From Candidatus Nomurabacteria bacterium RIFCSPLOWO2_01_FULL_41_18 (lineage in GTDB: Bacteria; Patescibacteriota; Minisyncoccia; Phycocordibacterales; UBA9973), in NCBI GenBank assembly GCA_001785865.1, contig MFUZ01000003.1, positions 15,048 to 79,047 of the forward strand: a DNA stretch of 64,000 nucleotides, in the 5' to 3' direction. Shown one piece after another: positions 1-8,119 of this stretch. The number at the start of each line of letters is the position of its first letter. The stretch's first letter is position 1. Under the pieces are notes generated by a model. The model saw nothing but the letters and a program-made list of their open reading frames with translations. It ran no database searches and had not been told where the DNA came from. The translations under genes and the position numbers were made by a program.

Positions 1-214
1 TTTTGGTGTGCCTTTTGGGTTCATTTCATATTTATTTCTACATTACGAACTCAGTGTCATATCTTTTTTCTCACATTTACCTTTTGCATCGTTTTCTATC
101 CCAAATTTCCCGCTTTGGATTACAATTTTAATTTACGTCTATTTTTTATATAAACTTTTTGGCAGAGATATAAAAAGTTTTTTTATCGAATCTGAATAAA
201 ACTTGTCGCAGGCG

Positions 215-276
215 TATTTTTTAGAAAGCCTTGCGCAGTTGGGTAGACGAGCAGTTCGCTCGCAAAGCTTTGCGAG
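215..276 (-). repeat. Copy 1 of a ~62-nt conserved noncoding element; copy 2 lies inverted at 33591-33652
   Basis: The reverse complement of 215-276 aligns base-for-base with 33591-33652. Shared core: AGCGAACTGCTCG..CTGCGCAAGGC.TTCTAAAAAT. It is preceded by a hairpin whose two arms differ between copies but stay complementary. Confidence 0.6.
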
Positions 277-313
277 ATAGATTGCTTTATAAAAAGTATG
301 CCAAGAAAGAGTT

Positions 314-907
314 TTATTTCGCCTTTTTGAAATTTTCTTCTATTATTTTCCAGTTTAGATTTTCAAAAAATACTTCTACGTACTTCTTTTTTTCTGAAGT
401 CGGGTAATCATAAACAAAAGCATGTTCCCACATATCAATTCCCAAAATTAGAGTACAATCTTGAAGCTGTCCCAAATGCTGTTCATCCACCCAAGTAGAG
501 AGGAGTCGCCCTTCTTTTCTATCATAGTAAAGCATTGCCCAGCCTATACCACGAGTCAAAGCTATAGCCTTAAAACGGTTAAGCCATAAATCAAAAGAAC
601 CCCATTCAGCAATAATTGCCTTTTTTAATTCACTACCGTCAACCTGAGGCTGAGCTCCTCCAGAAAGAGAATTGAAATAAATCTCATGATTTCGCATGCC
701 ATTATATTCAAAACCAAACCTTCTCTGAACTTCTCCTAGCGCGTATGCGTTTTTTTCAGCATCTTTTGAAAGTTCGTCAATTTTTTCTAGTATTAAATTA
801 GAGTGTTTTACATAGCCCGCATAAAGTTTCAAATGTTCCTCAATATTTTTTGCTGATATTCCTTTTAATGTTCCTATATTAAATTTTAATTCTTCAAATT
901 TTTTCAT
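314..907 (-). CDS. Fe/Mn-family superoxide dismutase
   Basis: 197 aa with the Fe/Mn SOD C-terminal signature DMWEHAFVYDY and a QVDGSELKKAI-type N-terminal domain. Confidence 0.9.
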   Translation of the reverse strand: MKKFEELKFNIGTLKGISAKNIEEHLKLYAGYVKHSNLILEKIDELSKDAEKNAYALGEVQRRFGFEYNGMRNHEIYFNSLSGGAQPQVDGSELKKAIIAEWGSFDLWLNRFKAIALTRGIGWAMLYYDRKEGRLLSTWVDEQHLGQLQDCTLILGIDMWEHAFVYDYPTSEKKKYVEVFFENLNWKIIEENFKKAK

Positions 908-984
908 ATATATTTATTAGTCGTTCAGACTCTGAGAGTCTTCAGACTCGAATGAGTTACTTGTTAATGTGTTAACATTATAAC

Positions 985-1866
985 ATGTTTCAACAATATA
1001 AAACATCTGGCAAAAAGTATGGACTGCTGATTTTCACCTCTCTTCTTTTGCTGGCGACTACTTTTCTTTTCTATCAAGATTTTCACAATTCTGGAAATAA
1101 GCTTACTTTTGCAATGTTAGATGTAGGTCAGGGTGACGCTCTTTTCATAGAGTCGCCGACCGGAACACAAATATTAATTGATGTAGGTCCGCCCAGAAAG
1201 ATACTAAGTCAGCTTTCTCGGGTTATGTCTCCCTTCGATCGCACAATCGATGGCATTATTATTACTAATCCCGACACAGACCACATTGGCGGTTTTCTGG
1301 ATGTTTTGAAGATATATAAGGTAGACCAAGTTTTTGAGCCGGGTACTTTGAATGACTCCAAAACATTTCAAAATGTTAAAACAGAGATAAAAAATAAAAA
1401 GATTTCTAACATTTTAGCAAAGAAGGGGATGCGGTTAGACATAGGCGGAGGGGCAGTGATTGATATCTTGTTTCCTGATAGAGATGTTTTCGATTGGTCT
1501 ACAAATGATGGGTCTATCATCGCGAGGCTTACTTATGGCGAAACTTCTATAATGTTGACTGGTGATTCTACAAGCGTAACAGAGAAAATAGTTCTTGAAG
1601 GAAATTCTGAGACTACACTGGATAGCACTATTTTGAAAGTTGGACATCATGGGTCACGTACTTCCACCTCAGAAGCTTTTGTAAAAGCTGTTTCTCCAGA
1701 ATATGCAGTTATTTCAAATGGTAAGGACAATAATTATGGTCATCCACATCCGGATACCCTAGATACCCTGACTTCTTTTGGCGCAAAAATCTTTAGAACA
1801 GACTTACTGGGTACCATAATCATGAAGTCTGATGGCAAAAATGAAGAGTTTTCATTTCGTAAGTAA
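985..1866 (+). CDS. ComEC/Rec2-like metallo-beta-lactamase-fold protein with an N-terminal membrane anchor
   Basis: Hydrophobic N-terminus, then MLDVGQGDALFIE, ITNPDTDHIGG, KVGHHGSRTSTS and YGHPHP motifs typical of the ComEC C-terminal MBL domain. Confidence 0.6.
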   Translation: MFQQYKTSGKKYGLLIFTSLLLLATTFLFYQDFHNSGNKLTFAMLDVGQGDALFIESPTGTQILIDVGPPRKILSQLSRVMSPFDRTIDGIIITNPDTDHIGGFLDVLKIYKVDQVFEPGTLNDSKTFQNVKTEIKNKKISNILAKKGMRLDIGGGAVIDILFPDRDVFDWSTNDGSIIARLTYGETSIMLTGDSTSVTEKIVLEGNSETTLDSTILKVGHHGSRTSTSEAFVKAVSPEYAVISNGKDNNYGHPHPDTLDTLTSFGAKIFRTDLLGTIIMKSDGKNEEFSFRK

Positions 1867-1883
1867 TTTGTTATATTATAAAC

Positions 1884-3128
1884 ATGCGAGATAAACTAGT
1901 AGAAAAATTGATAAAAGGGGAGGAAAAAAGGCAGAAAGAAGGTTTAGAATTAATTCCTTCTGAGAATTACGTCTCTGAAGATGTTTTGAGGGCGAATGGG
2001 TCGGTTTTTACTAACAAATATTCGGAAGGTTATCCTGGCAAGCGTTATTATGGAGGGCAAGAATTTACCGATAAAGTGGAAAGTCTGGCTATTGAGCGTG
2101 TTTGTAAACTTTTTAATTGTAAATTTGCAAATGTGCAACCACATTCTGGCGCTCCAGCAAACTTGGCTGTTTATGCTGCATTACTTCAACCAGGGGACAC
2201 AGTCTTGGGGATGGATTTATCTCATGGAGGGCATCTGACTCATGGTCATCCGATGACTCTTCCTGCAAAGATTTATAAATTTGTCACATACAAAATGAAG
2301 AATCCGGAAACGGGAGAAATAGATTATGAAGACATGAGGAGAGTGGCTATAGCCAACAAACCCAAACTAATTATCGCTGGTTTTTCTGCTTATCCTCGTA
2401 CACTAGACTACAAAAAATTCGTAGAAATTGCTCGCGAAGTAGGGGCTATCACTATGGCAGACATGGCTCATATTGCTGGACTTATCGCAGGAGGGGTACT
2501 TCGCAATCCGTTTGATGATGGTTTTGACATTATCACCTCTACGACTCACAAAACACTCCGCGGTCCACGGGGAGGAATAATTTTAACTCGTGAAAGTGAA
2601 GAAATTGCTACAAAAATAAATAAATCTATTTTCCCTGGGATTCAAGGTGGTCCGCATATGCATATAATTGCTGCGAAAGCCGTTGCTTTCGGTGAAGCAA
2701 TGACTCCAAAATTCAAAAAATATGCGGGACAAGTTTTGAAAAATGCCAAAGCAATGGCAGAAGTTTTGCGAAAAAATAAAGTTAGAATGATAGGTGGTGG
2801 GACTGACAATCACCTCATTCTCGCTGACGTTTTTGGCTCTTTGAGGGTGACAGGTAAAGAAGCACAAACGGTTCTAGATGAAGTAGGTATTACATTAAAT
2901 ATGAATGCTATTGCAGGGGACACCAGAAAGCCAATGGATCCATCTGGAATTAGATTTGGAACCCCAGCTATTACAACTCGTGGTTTCAAGGAAAAAGATT
3001 GTGCAAAAGTTGCTGAGCTGATGATTAAAGTTTTAAAAAATAAAGACGATAAAAAATTAAAAGAATCAGTGCATAGAGAAATTAAAGCTCTTGCCAAAAA
3101 ATTCCCTATACCAAAGAAGTTTGTATAG
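1884..3128 (+). CDS. glyA: serine hydroxymethyltransferase
   Basis: 414 aa; LELIPSENYVS, YSEGYPGKRYYGG, and the PLP-lysine region TTHKTLRGPRGG. Confidence 0.95.
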   Translation: MRDKLVEKLIKGEEKRQKEGLELIPSENYVSEDVLRANGSVFTNKYSEGYPGKRYYGGQEFTDKVESLAIERVCKLFNCKFANVQPHSGAPANLAVYAALLQPGDTVLGMDLSHGGHLTHGHPMTLPAKIYKFVTYKMKNPETGEIDYEDMRRVAIANKPKLIIAGFSAYPRTLDYKKFVEIAREVGAITMADMAHIAGLIAGGVLRNPFDDGFDIITSTTHKTLRGPRGGIILTRESEEIATKINKSIFPGIQGGPHMHIIAAKAVAFGEAMTPKFKKYAGQVLKNAKAMAEVLRKNKVRMIGGGTDNHLILADVFGSLRVTGKEAQTVLDEVGITLNMNAIAGDTRKPMDPSGIRFGTPAITTRGFKEKDCAKVAELMIKVLKNKDDKKLKESVHREIKALAKKFPIPKKFV

Positions 3129-3135
3129 AAAATTT

Positions 3136-3867
3136 ATGGATTTAAAAGATAAAAACATTTTAATAACAGGTTCATCTTCAGGAATTGGGGCGGCTACTGC
3201 TCGTTTAGCCAAAGAATATGGGGCAAAACCAATTTTGCATGGAAAGACAGAAAGCGAAGAATTAAAAAAACTAGCAAAAGAATTAGAATGCGAATATATT
3301 TTTTGTGATGTTGCTGACAAGATGGCCGTTGATTCTGAAGTAAAGAGAATCCTTAAAAAAGTTGAAAAAATAGATATTTTAGTAAATTCAGCTGGTATTG
3401 CAACTAGGCAAAAGTTTTTGGAATCAACAGAGGAAACATGGTTGGATATTTTTAAGATTAATGTTCTCGGTACCACTCATTTTTGTCAGGCAGTGATTCC
3501 ACAAATGCAAAAAAATAAATATGGCAGAATTGTTAATATTGCTTCCATAAGAGCTTTTGGTTCTACGTCTGGTCGCCCCGCTTATTCTGCCTCTAAAGCA
3601 GCTGTGATGAACTTAACATCAGTATTAGCAAAGGAATTTGCGCCAGATATTCTCGTAAATGCTGTTGCGCCTGGATTTATAGAAACCCCGATGTCTAAAG
3701 TTTGGGATGAGGAAATATGGAAAAAGATAAAAACTGCACTCTTGGGAAGAGTTGGCCAGCCGAAAGAAATTGCAGAAGCGATTTTGTTTTTAGCGAGTGA
3801 TAAAGCTAGTTTTATCACTGGGCAGACGATCATTGTTGATGGTGGGTATTCAATTTCAGGTAAATAA
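3136..3867 (+). CDS. SDR-family oxidoreductase (3-oxoacyl-ACP reductase-like)
   Basis: TGSSSGIG Rossmann motif, NSAG, and YSASK catalytic Tyr-Lys. The ATG at 3136 follows the glyA stop; the ORF-track start at 3091 overlaps glyA. Confidence 0.8.
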   Translation: MDLKDKNILITGSSSGIGAATARLAKEYGAKPILHGKTESEELKKLAKELECEYIFCDVADKMAVDSEVKRILKKVEKIDILVNSAGIATRQKFLESTEETWLDIFKINVLGTTHFCQAVIPQMQKNKYGRIVNIASIRAFGSTSGRPAYSASKAAVMNLTSVLAKEFAPDILVNAVAPGFIETPMSKVWDEEIWKKIKTALLGRVGQPKEIAEAILFLASDKASFITGQTIIVDGGYSISGK

Positions 3868-3868
3868 T

Positions 3869-4570
3869 ATGGCAAAAAAGGGCAAACTCATAGTAATAGA
3901 CGGTACGGATAGTAGTGGAAAGGCGACTCAAACGGAACTTTTAATTAAACATTTAAGAAAAGATGGGCGCAAAGTGAAAATTGTTGATTTTCCAGATTAT
4001 TATTCAAATTTCTTCGGTAAATTTATCGGGCACTGTCTTTCGGAGCAATATTACAATTTCGTGAAAGTGCATCCAAAGATCGCTTCAGTGCTTTACGCTG
4101 CGGACCGCTTTGAATCAAGAGATAAAATTAAAAAATGGATTGCCGAGGGTAATATAGTCATTGCAAACAGGTATGCTAGTGCGAACCAAATCCATCAAGG
4201 CGGAAAAATTGCCAATACAAAAAAAAGAGAAAGTTTCTTGAAATGGCTGGCAGAGATGGAATACGAAGTTTTCAAAATTCCAAAGCCAGATGCTATATTT
4301 TATTTGAGCGTGCCTATTCCTGTTGTTTTGAAATTAATTCGCCAAAGAGATCAGGAGAAAAAAAATAAAAACAGAAGATATCTTGGTAAGAAGAAAGATG
4401 TTCATGAGAAAGATGTAAATTTTTTGATAAATTCTCGCAAAACTGCCCTTTGGCTCGCAAAAACTCAAAAGGGATGGGTAAAAATTGAATGTGTAAAAGG
4501 TGGAGTACTAGATACTCGTGAAAATATACATAAAGAAATTTATGCGAAAATTAAAAAAGTTTTAAAATAA
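3869..4570 (+). CDS. tmk: thymidylate kinase
   Basis: P-loop IVIDGTDSSGKAT, and a DRF/ANRY-like LID region. Internal ATG at 3869. Confidence 0.8.
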   Translation: MAKKGKLIVIDGTDSSGKATQTELLIKHLRKDGRKVKIVDFPDYYSNFFGKFIGHCLSEQYYNFVKVHPKIASVLYAADRFESRDKIKKWIAEGNIVIANRYASANQIHQGGKIANTKKRESFLKWLAEMEYEVFKIPKPDAIFYLSVPIPVVLKLIRQRDQEKKNKNRRYLGKKKDVHEKDVNFLINSRKTALWLAKTQKGWVKIECVKGGVLDTRENIHKEIYAKIKKVLK

Positions 4571-4571
4571 A

Positions 4572-5084
4572 ATGAGAATTCAAATTGTAAATGAAAAAGA
4601 TGAAGTAATTAGTTGCAAGGAACGAGAGAAAACGGTACATGAAGATATACGTCGTATTACTGCCGTTTGGGTTTTTAATAAAAAAAAAGAATTTCTAATA
4701 GCTAAAAGACAATCAACAAAAGTTCTTAGTCCAAATAAATGGGGTCCTTCGGTTTCAGGCACACTAGAGGAAGGAGAAACTTATGAATCAAACGCGATTA
4801 AAGAGACTGAAGAAGAAATAGGACTAAAAAAGGTGTTTTTAGAACCTTTTAGAAAGATTTTCTATGAAAACATTAATGGGAGAAGATTTTGTTATATATT
4901 CACAACTTTGATAGATAAAGAAGTAAATGAATTTATTTTACAAGAAGATGAAGTTTCCGAAGTTAAATGGATTAGTTTAGAAGAGTTATCCAATTGGTAT
5001 CAAAGTTCTCCTGGTGATTTTATCCCTTCGCTTATCGAAACAATTAATCTTATTAAAGAATATCAAAATGCAAATAAAAGTTAA
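4572..5084 (+). CDS. NUDIX hydrolase
   Basis: Nudix box GTLEEGETYESNAIKETEEEIGL. Confidence 0.8.
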   Translation: MRIQIVNEKDEVISCKEREKTVHEDIRRITAVWVFNKKKEFLIAKRQSTKVLSPNKWGPSVSGTLEEGETYESNAIKETEEEIGLKKVFLEPFRKIFYENINGRRFCYIFTTLIDKEVNEFILQEDEVSEVKWISLEELSNWYQSSPGDFIPSLIETINLIKEYQNANKS

Positions 5085-5490
5085 AAAACTTAAGGAGAAT
5101 GCAAAGTTGCCTACATATCATCATCCGGGGGATGTGGGGATGGATTTGTATTCTATGGAGACGGTGACTATGAAGCCGGGGGAGCATTATCGTTTCTGGC
5201 ATGGGTTTGCGTTGGAATTTCCCGAAGGCTATGGGGCGATAATTATGGATAAAGGAAGTATCTCAAAGGCGGGGTTTGTGCATATGGGTGGGGTGTTTGA
5301 TGCGGGTTATAGGGGTGAATACAACACTCTTTTAGTGAATTTGTCTGATAAGAGTTATACTTTTGAGGAAGGAGACAAAGTTGCCCAGCTCGTGATTGTG
5401 CCTGTGGTTATTGCAAAGTTGAGAGAAGTCGATAAATTAAAAGATTCCGCTCGCGGCGAAGGAAAGTTTGGAAGTACAGGAAAGAAATAA
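5068..5490 (+). CDS. dut: dUTP diphosphatase
   Basis: GDVGMDL, a beta-strand core, and the C-terminal RGEGKFGSTG motif. Start taken at the ATG at 5068 (MQIKVKKL), overlapping the Nudix gene by 17 nt. Confidence 0.85.
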   Translation: MQIKVKKLKENAKLPTYHHPGDVGMDLYSMETVTMKPGEHYRFWHGFALEFPEGYGAIIMDKGSISKAGFVHMGGVFDAGYRGEYNTLLVNLSDKSYTFEEGDKVAQLVIVPVVIAKLREVDKLKDSARGEGKFGSTGKK

Positions 5491-5491
5491 A

Positions 5492-7156
5492 ATGGAGCAA
5501 AAAATTAAAAATTGGATAAAAGAAATTTTAAAGATCGAAGGGGATTTTGTTTTAGTGCATCCAAAAGATATAAAAAATGGCGACTATACTTTCATTTCAT
5601 CTTTAGAAAAACCAGCAGAAGATTTAGAAAAATTAAAAAAAAATAAATTGGTAGAAATAGAAAAGATAGAAATGGTAGGTAGATTTATAAATTTATATTT
5701 GTCACGAAAGTTTTTTGCTTCGAGTGTGGAAGAAATTTTAAATCAGGGAGGAAATGTTGGTAAAAATGACTTCTTTACCGGAAAGAAAATAATGATTGAA
5801 TATACCGACCCGAACCCTTTCAAACCTTTTCACATTGGGCATTTGATGAGTAATGCTATAGGTGAATCTATTTCGCGACTTATGGAATTCTCTGGCGCAG
5901 AGACATCACGAGCAAATTACCAGGGCGACTTGGGGCTTCATGTAGCTAAAGCCATATATGGTCTTTTGCAAAATGAGAAATTGCAAGCAAAAATTGGTTC
6001 TCATAATCTGCAAGCAGAAAACATAGGGCGGGCTTATGCCTTCGGTGCTGAAGCATATGAAATCGACAAAAAAGCTAAAAAAGAAATTGATAAAATAAAT
6101 AAAAAACTTTACGACAAAAAAGATAAAAAAATAATTGAGATTTATGATTGGGGTTTCAAGGTGACGATGGATGCCTTCCAAGATTTGTACGAAACTCTTG
6201 GCACAGAATTTGATTTTTATTTCTTGGAGAGTCAGATGGCACCGATTGGAGAACAAATTGTTCGTGCAAATACTGGTAAAATTTTTGAAAAATCTGATAA
6301 CGCCATAGTATTTAAGGCTGAAAAGTATGACCCGAAGCTTCATACCAGAGTTTTCATTACCAGTGAGGGCTTACCTACTTATGAGACCAAAGAGCTTGGC
6401 TTGGCTGAAGAGAAGTTTAAAACAGAACCAAACTTGGATTTGTCCGTTGTTGTCACTGCAAGTGAACAAATGGATTATATGCGTGTTGTTGCCAAAGCCA
6501 TTTCTTTGATAAATCCAGAACATGAGAAAAAAATGAAACACATTACGCATGGCATGATGCGTCTTTCAAGTGGCAAGATGAGTTCTAGGAAGGGGAATGT
6601 TGTTACAGGTGAATCACTTCTGAATGATGTTCGCGATGCAATTTTAGAAAAAATGACGGATAGAGAATTCTCAAATGAAGAAAGAGAGCAAGTGGCTTCT
6701 AGTGTTGCTGTGTCTGCCATAAAATATTCAATATTAAAACAAGGGATTGGTGGAGATATTATTTATGATTTTGAAAATTCTATTTCTTTTGAAGGGGATT
6801 CTGGTCCATATCTGCAATATTCTTTTGCGCGTGCAAATTCAGTTCTAGAAAAAGCAAAGAAAGAAAATATTTTGCCCGACCCGCATGCTTTTCCTGCTGA
6901 AACCTTTGAAGTAGAAAAATTATTATACAAATTTCCCGAAATTGTTTTACGTTCTGCAAAAGAATACGAACCGCATTATATCGCGAATTATTTGATAGAA
7001 GTCGCCCGCGCGTTCAACAGTTTTTATGGCAATAATTTAATTATAGATAAAAAAAATAAAACTTCTTCCTACAAAGTAGCTCTCACTTTTGCTTTTACGT
7101 TTGTAATGAAAAGTGGTTTGCACCTCCTTGGCATCAAAGCTCCAGAGAAGATGTAG
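5492..7156 (+). CDS. argS: arginine--tRNA ligase
   Basis: Class I HIGH motif (PFHIGHLMSNAIGES), ArgRS-like N-terminal domain, an MSSRKG segment and a DALR-type anticodon-binding C-terminus. ATG at 5492, directly after the dut stop. Confidence 0.85.
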   Translation: MEQKIKNWIKEILKIEGDFVLVHPKDIKNGDYTFISSLEKPAEDLEKLKKNKLVEIEKIEMVGRFINLYLSRKFFASSVEEILNQGGNVGKNDFFTGKKIMIEYTDPNPFKPFHIGHLMSNAIGESISRLMEFSGAETSRANYQGDLGLHVAKAIYGLLQNEKLQAKIGSHNLQAENIGRAYAFGAEAYEIDKKAKKEIDKINKKLYDKKDKKIIEIYDWGFKVTMDAFQDLYETLGTEFDFYFLESQMAPIGEQIVRANTGKIFEKSDNAIVFKAEKYDPKLHTRVFITSEGLPTYETKELGLAEEKFKTEPNLDLSVVVTASEQMDYMRVVAKAISLINPEHEKKMKHITHGMMRLSSGKMSSRKGNVVTGESLLNDVRDAILEKMTDREFSNEEREQVASSVAVSAIKYSILKQGIGGDIIYDFENSISFEGDSGPYLQYSFARANSVLEKAKKENILPDPHAFPAETFEVEKLLYKFPEIVLRSAKEYEPHYIANYLIEVARAFNSFYGNNLIIDKKNKTSSYKVALTFAFTFVMKSGLHLLGIKAPEKM

Positions 7157-7176
7157 TTACGTAATCGATTACGTAA
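7157..7176. repeat. Perfect 20-bp palindrome TTACGTAATCGATTACGTAA spanning the stop codons of two convergent genes
   Basis: Exact reverse-complement symmetry. The argS stop is TAG at 7154-7156; the stop of the minus-strand gene (TTA on plus) lies inside the palindrome at 7169-7171. Related to the TACGTAA palindromes at 8054, 9714 and 11871. Confidence 0.7.
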
Positions 7177-7834
7177 TTTGCGAATCTAGATACAAATTTC
7201 CATCGTGTGCTAATTTAGAAACATAGCCAGTATAAGTTTGTGGGCTATTATCTTTTTGTAGTTGAGCGATCAAATCTTCCAAACGAAAGTCACTAATATC
7301 AAATTGTGCTTCTTCTAAAATTGACTGAATGTTTTGATCGAGACGAACATCGTTTGTTATTCTTTGAATCCTTAAAGTTTCTATACCTTCTTTTTGGTGG
7401 GTATATCCTCCTTTTTTCAAGAGTACATGATTTTTTTCTACGAATTCAAGAAAATATAAAACATCTTTTTCTAAAAATTCAAGCACAAAATGCATACCGA
7501 CAAAATCGTATTTCTTTTGTTTAAGTTTTTCTACTACTAAAGTAGATTTAAATCCGTTTTTCTTTAAAAGAGCCAGTGCGACAAGCGTCAGATCACTACA
7601 TGGGTTCATAAATCCGGTATCTCCGTCTGCGAGGATTTGTTCCGCATTTCTTTTTACAAATTTTTCAGCAATCTCTTCATTGCTCCATTGTTTTCTTTTA
7701 ACTCTCTCATTTATCCATAAAACCAGGCTATTTATTTTCTGCTCAAGATTGCCTTCAAACGTTTCCAGACTACTTTCATCAAAAGTGCTTGGTTTTGCCC
7801 TAGTTAGAGGAATATTTGGTCCTTTATTTTCCAT
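7169..7834 (-). CDS. hypothetical protein (a transglutaminase-like Cys fold is possible but weak)
   Basis: 221-aa ORF with no strong family motif. GFMNPCSDLTLVALALLKKNGF resembles the Cys region of transglutaminase-like proteins. Confidence 0.4.
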   Translation of the reverse strand: MENKGPNIPLTRAKPSTFDESSLETFEGNLEQKINSLVLWINERVKRKQWSNEEIAEKFVKRNAEQILADGDTGFMNPCSDLTLVALALLKKNGFKSTLVVEKLKQKKYDFVGMHFVLEFLEKDVLYFLEFVEKNHVLLKKGGYTHQKEGIETLRIQRITNDVRLDQNIQSILEEAQFDISDFRLEDLIAQLQKDNSPQTYTGYVSKLAHDGNLYLDSQIT

Positions 7835-7880
7835 GGGATTGTATAGATAATAATATCACAAAATCTGGTATAATATTTTT

Positions 7881-8060
7881 ATGCAAGAAGAAACAAAACA
7901 AAAGTTCGGAGAACATTATATTTGCCTTGGGGGCTGTAGGGGAGTTTCCAAAGTTCCCGGTGCCTGCAATTCGCCTAGTTGCGTAAATCACAATCACAAA
8001 CTCGTGAAGTGCAATTGTACAGATGGTTTGCATAACAATTTTGAACTCTTATTACAATAA
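7881..8060 (+). CDS. possible leaderless Cys-rich micro-protein (59 aa)
   Basis: Below the 60-aa track cutoff. The ATG at 7881 lies 7 nt after an extended -10 (TGGTATAAT, 7866-7874). 8 Cys and 4 His (CLGGCRGVSKVPGACNSPSCVNHNHKLVKCNC). Its stop sits inside palindrome copy A. Confidence 0.25.
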   Translation: MQEETKQKFGEHYICLGGCRGVSKVPGACNSPSCVNHNHKLVKCNCTDGLHNNFELLLQ

Positions 8061-8090
8061 GTACGTAATGTATTACATAATACATTGTTT
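8054..8090. repeat. Palindromic repeat copy A (ACAATAAGTACGTAATGTATTAC-ATAATACATTG)
   Basis: Shares AATAAGTACGTAATGTATTAC with copies at 9714 and 11871. Imperfect inverted symmetry; lies just upstream of the helicase gene. Confidence 0.65.
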
Positions 8091-8119
8091 TTGCAAATAC
8101 GTAGTACAATGCTTGAGCC

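Noticed and set aside
8-199. 63-aa plus-strand ORF at the window start
   Set aside because: Low-complexity Phe/Ile/Leu-rich translation in an AT-rich stretch. No start context or motif; likely noncoding.
3066-3476. Antisense ORFs of 60-175 aa inside confident genes (for example 3066-3476, 9313-9837, 18822-19322, 25302-25751, 35124-35513, 53399-53809)
   Set aside because: Shadow ORFs opposite well-supported CDSs. No independent support.
7824-8033. 69-aa minus-strand ORF in the 7835-8119 intergenic region
   Set aside because: It overlaps the start of the 7169-7834 gene and the better-supported plus-strand promoter and micro-ORF. Featureless translation.
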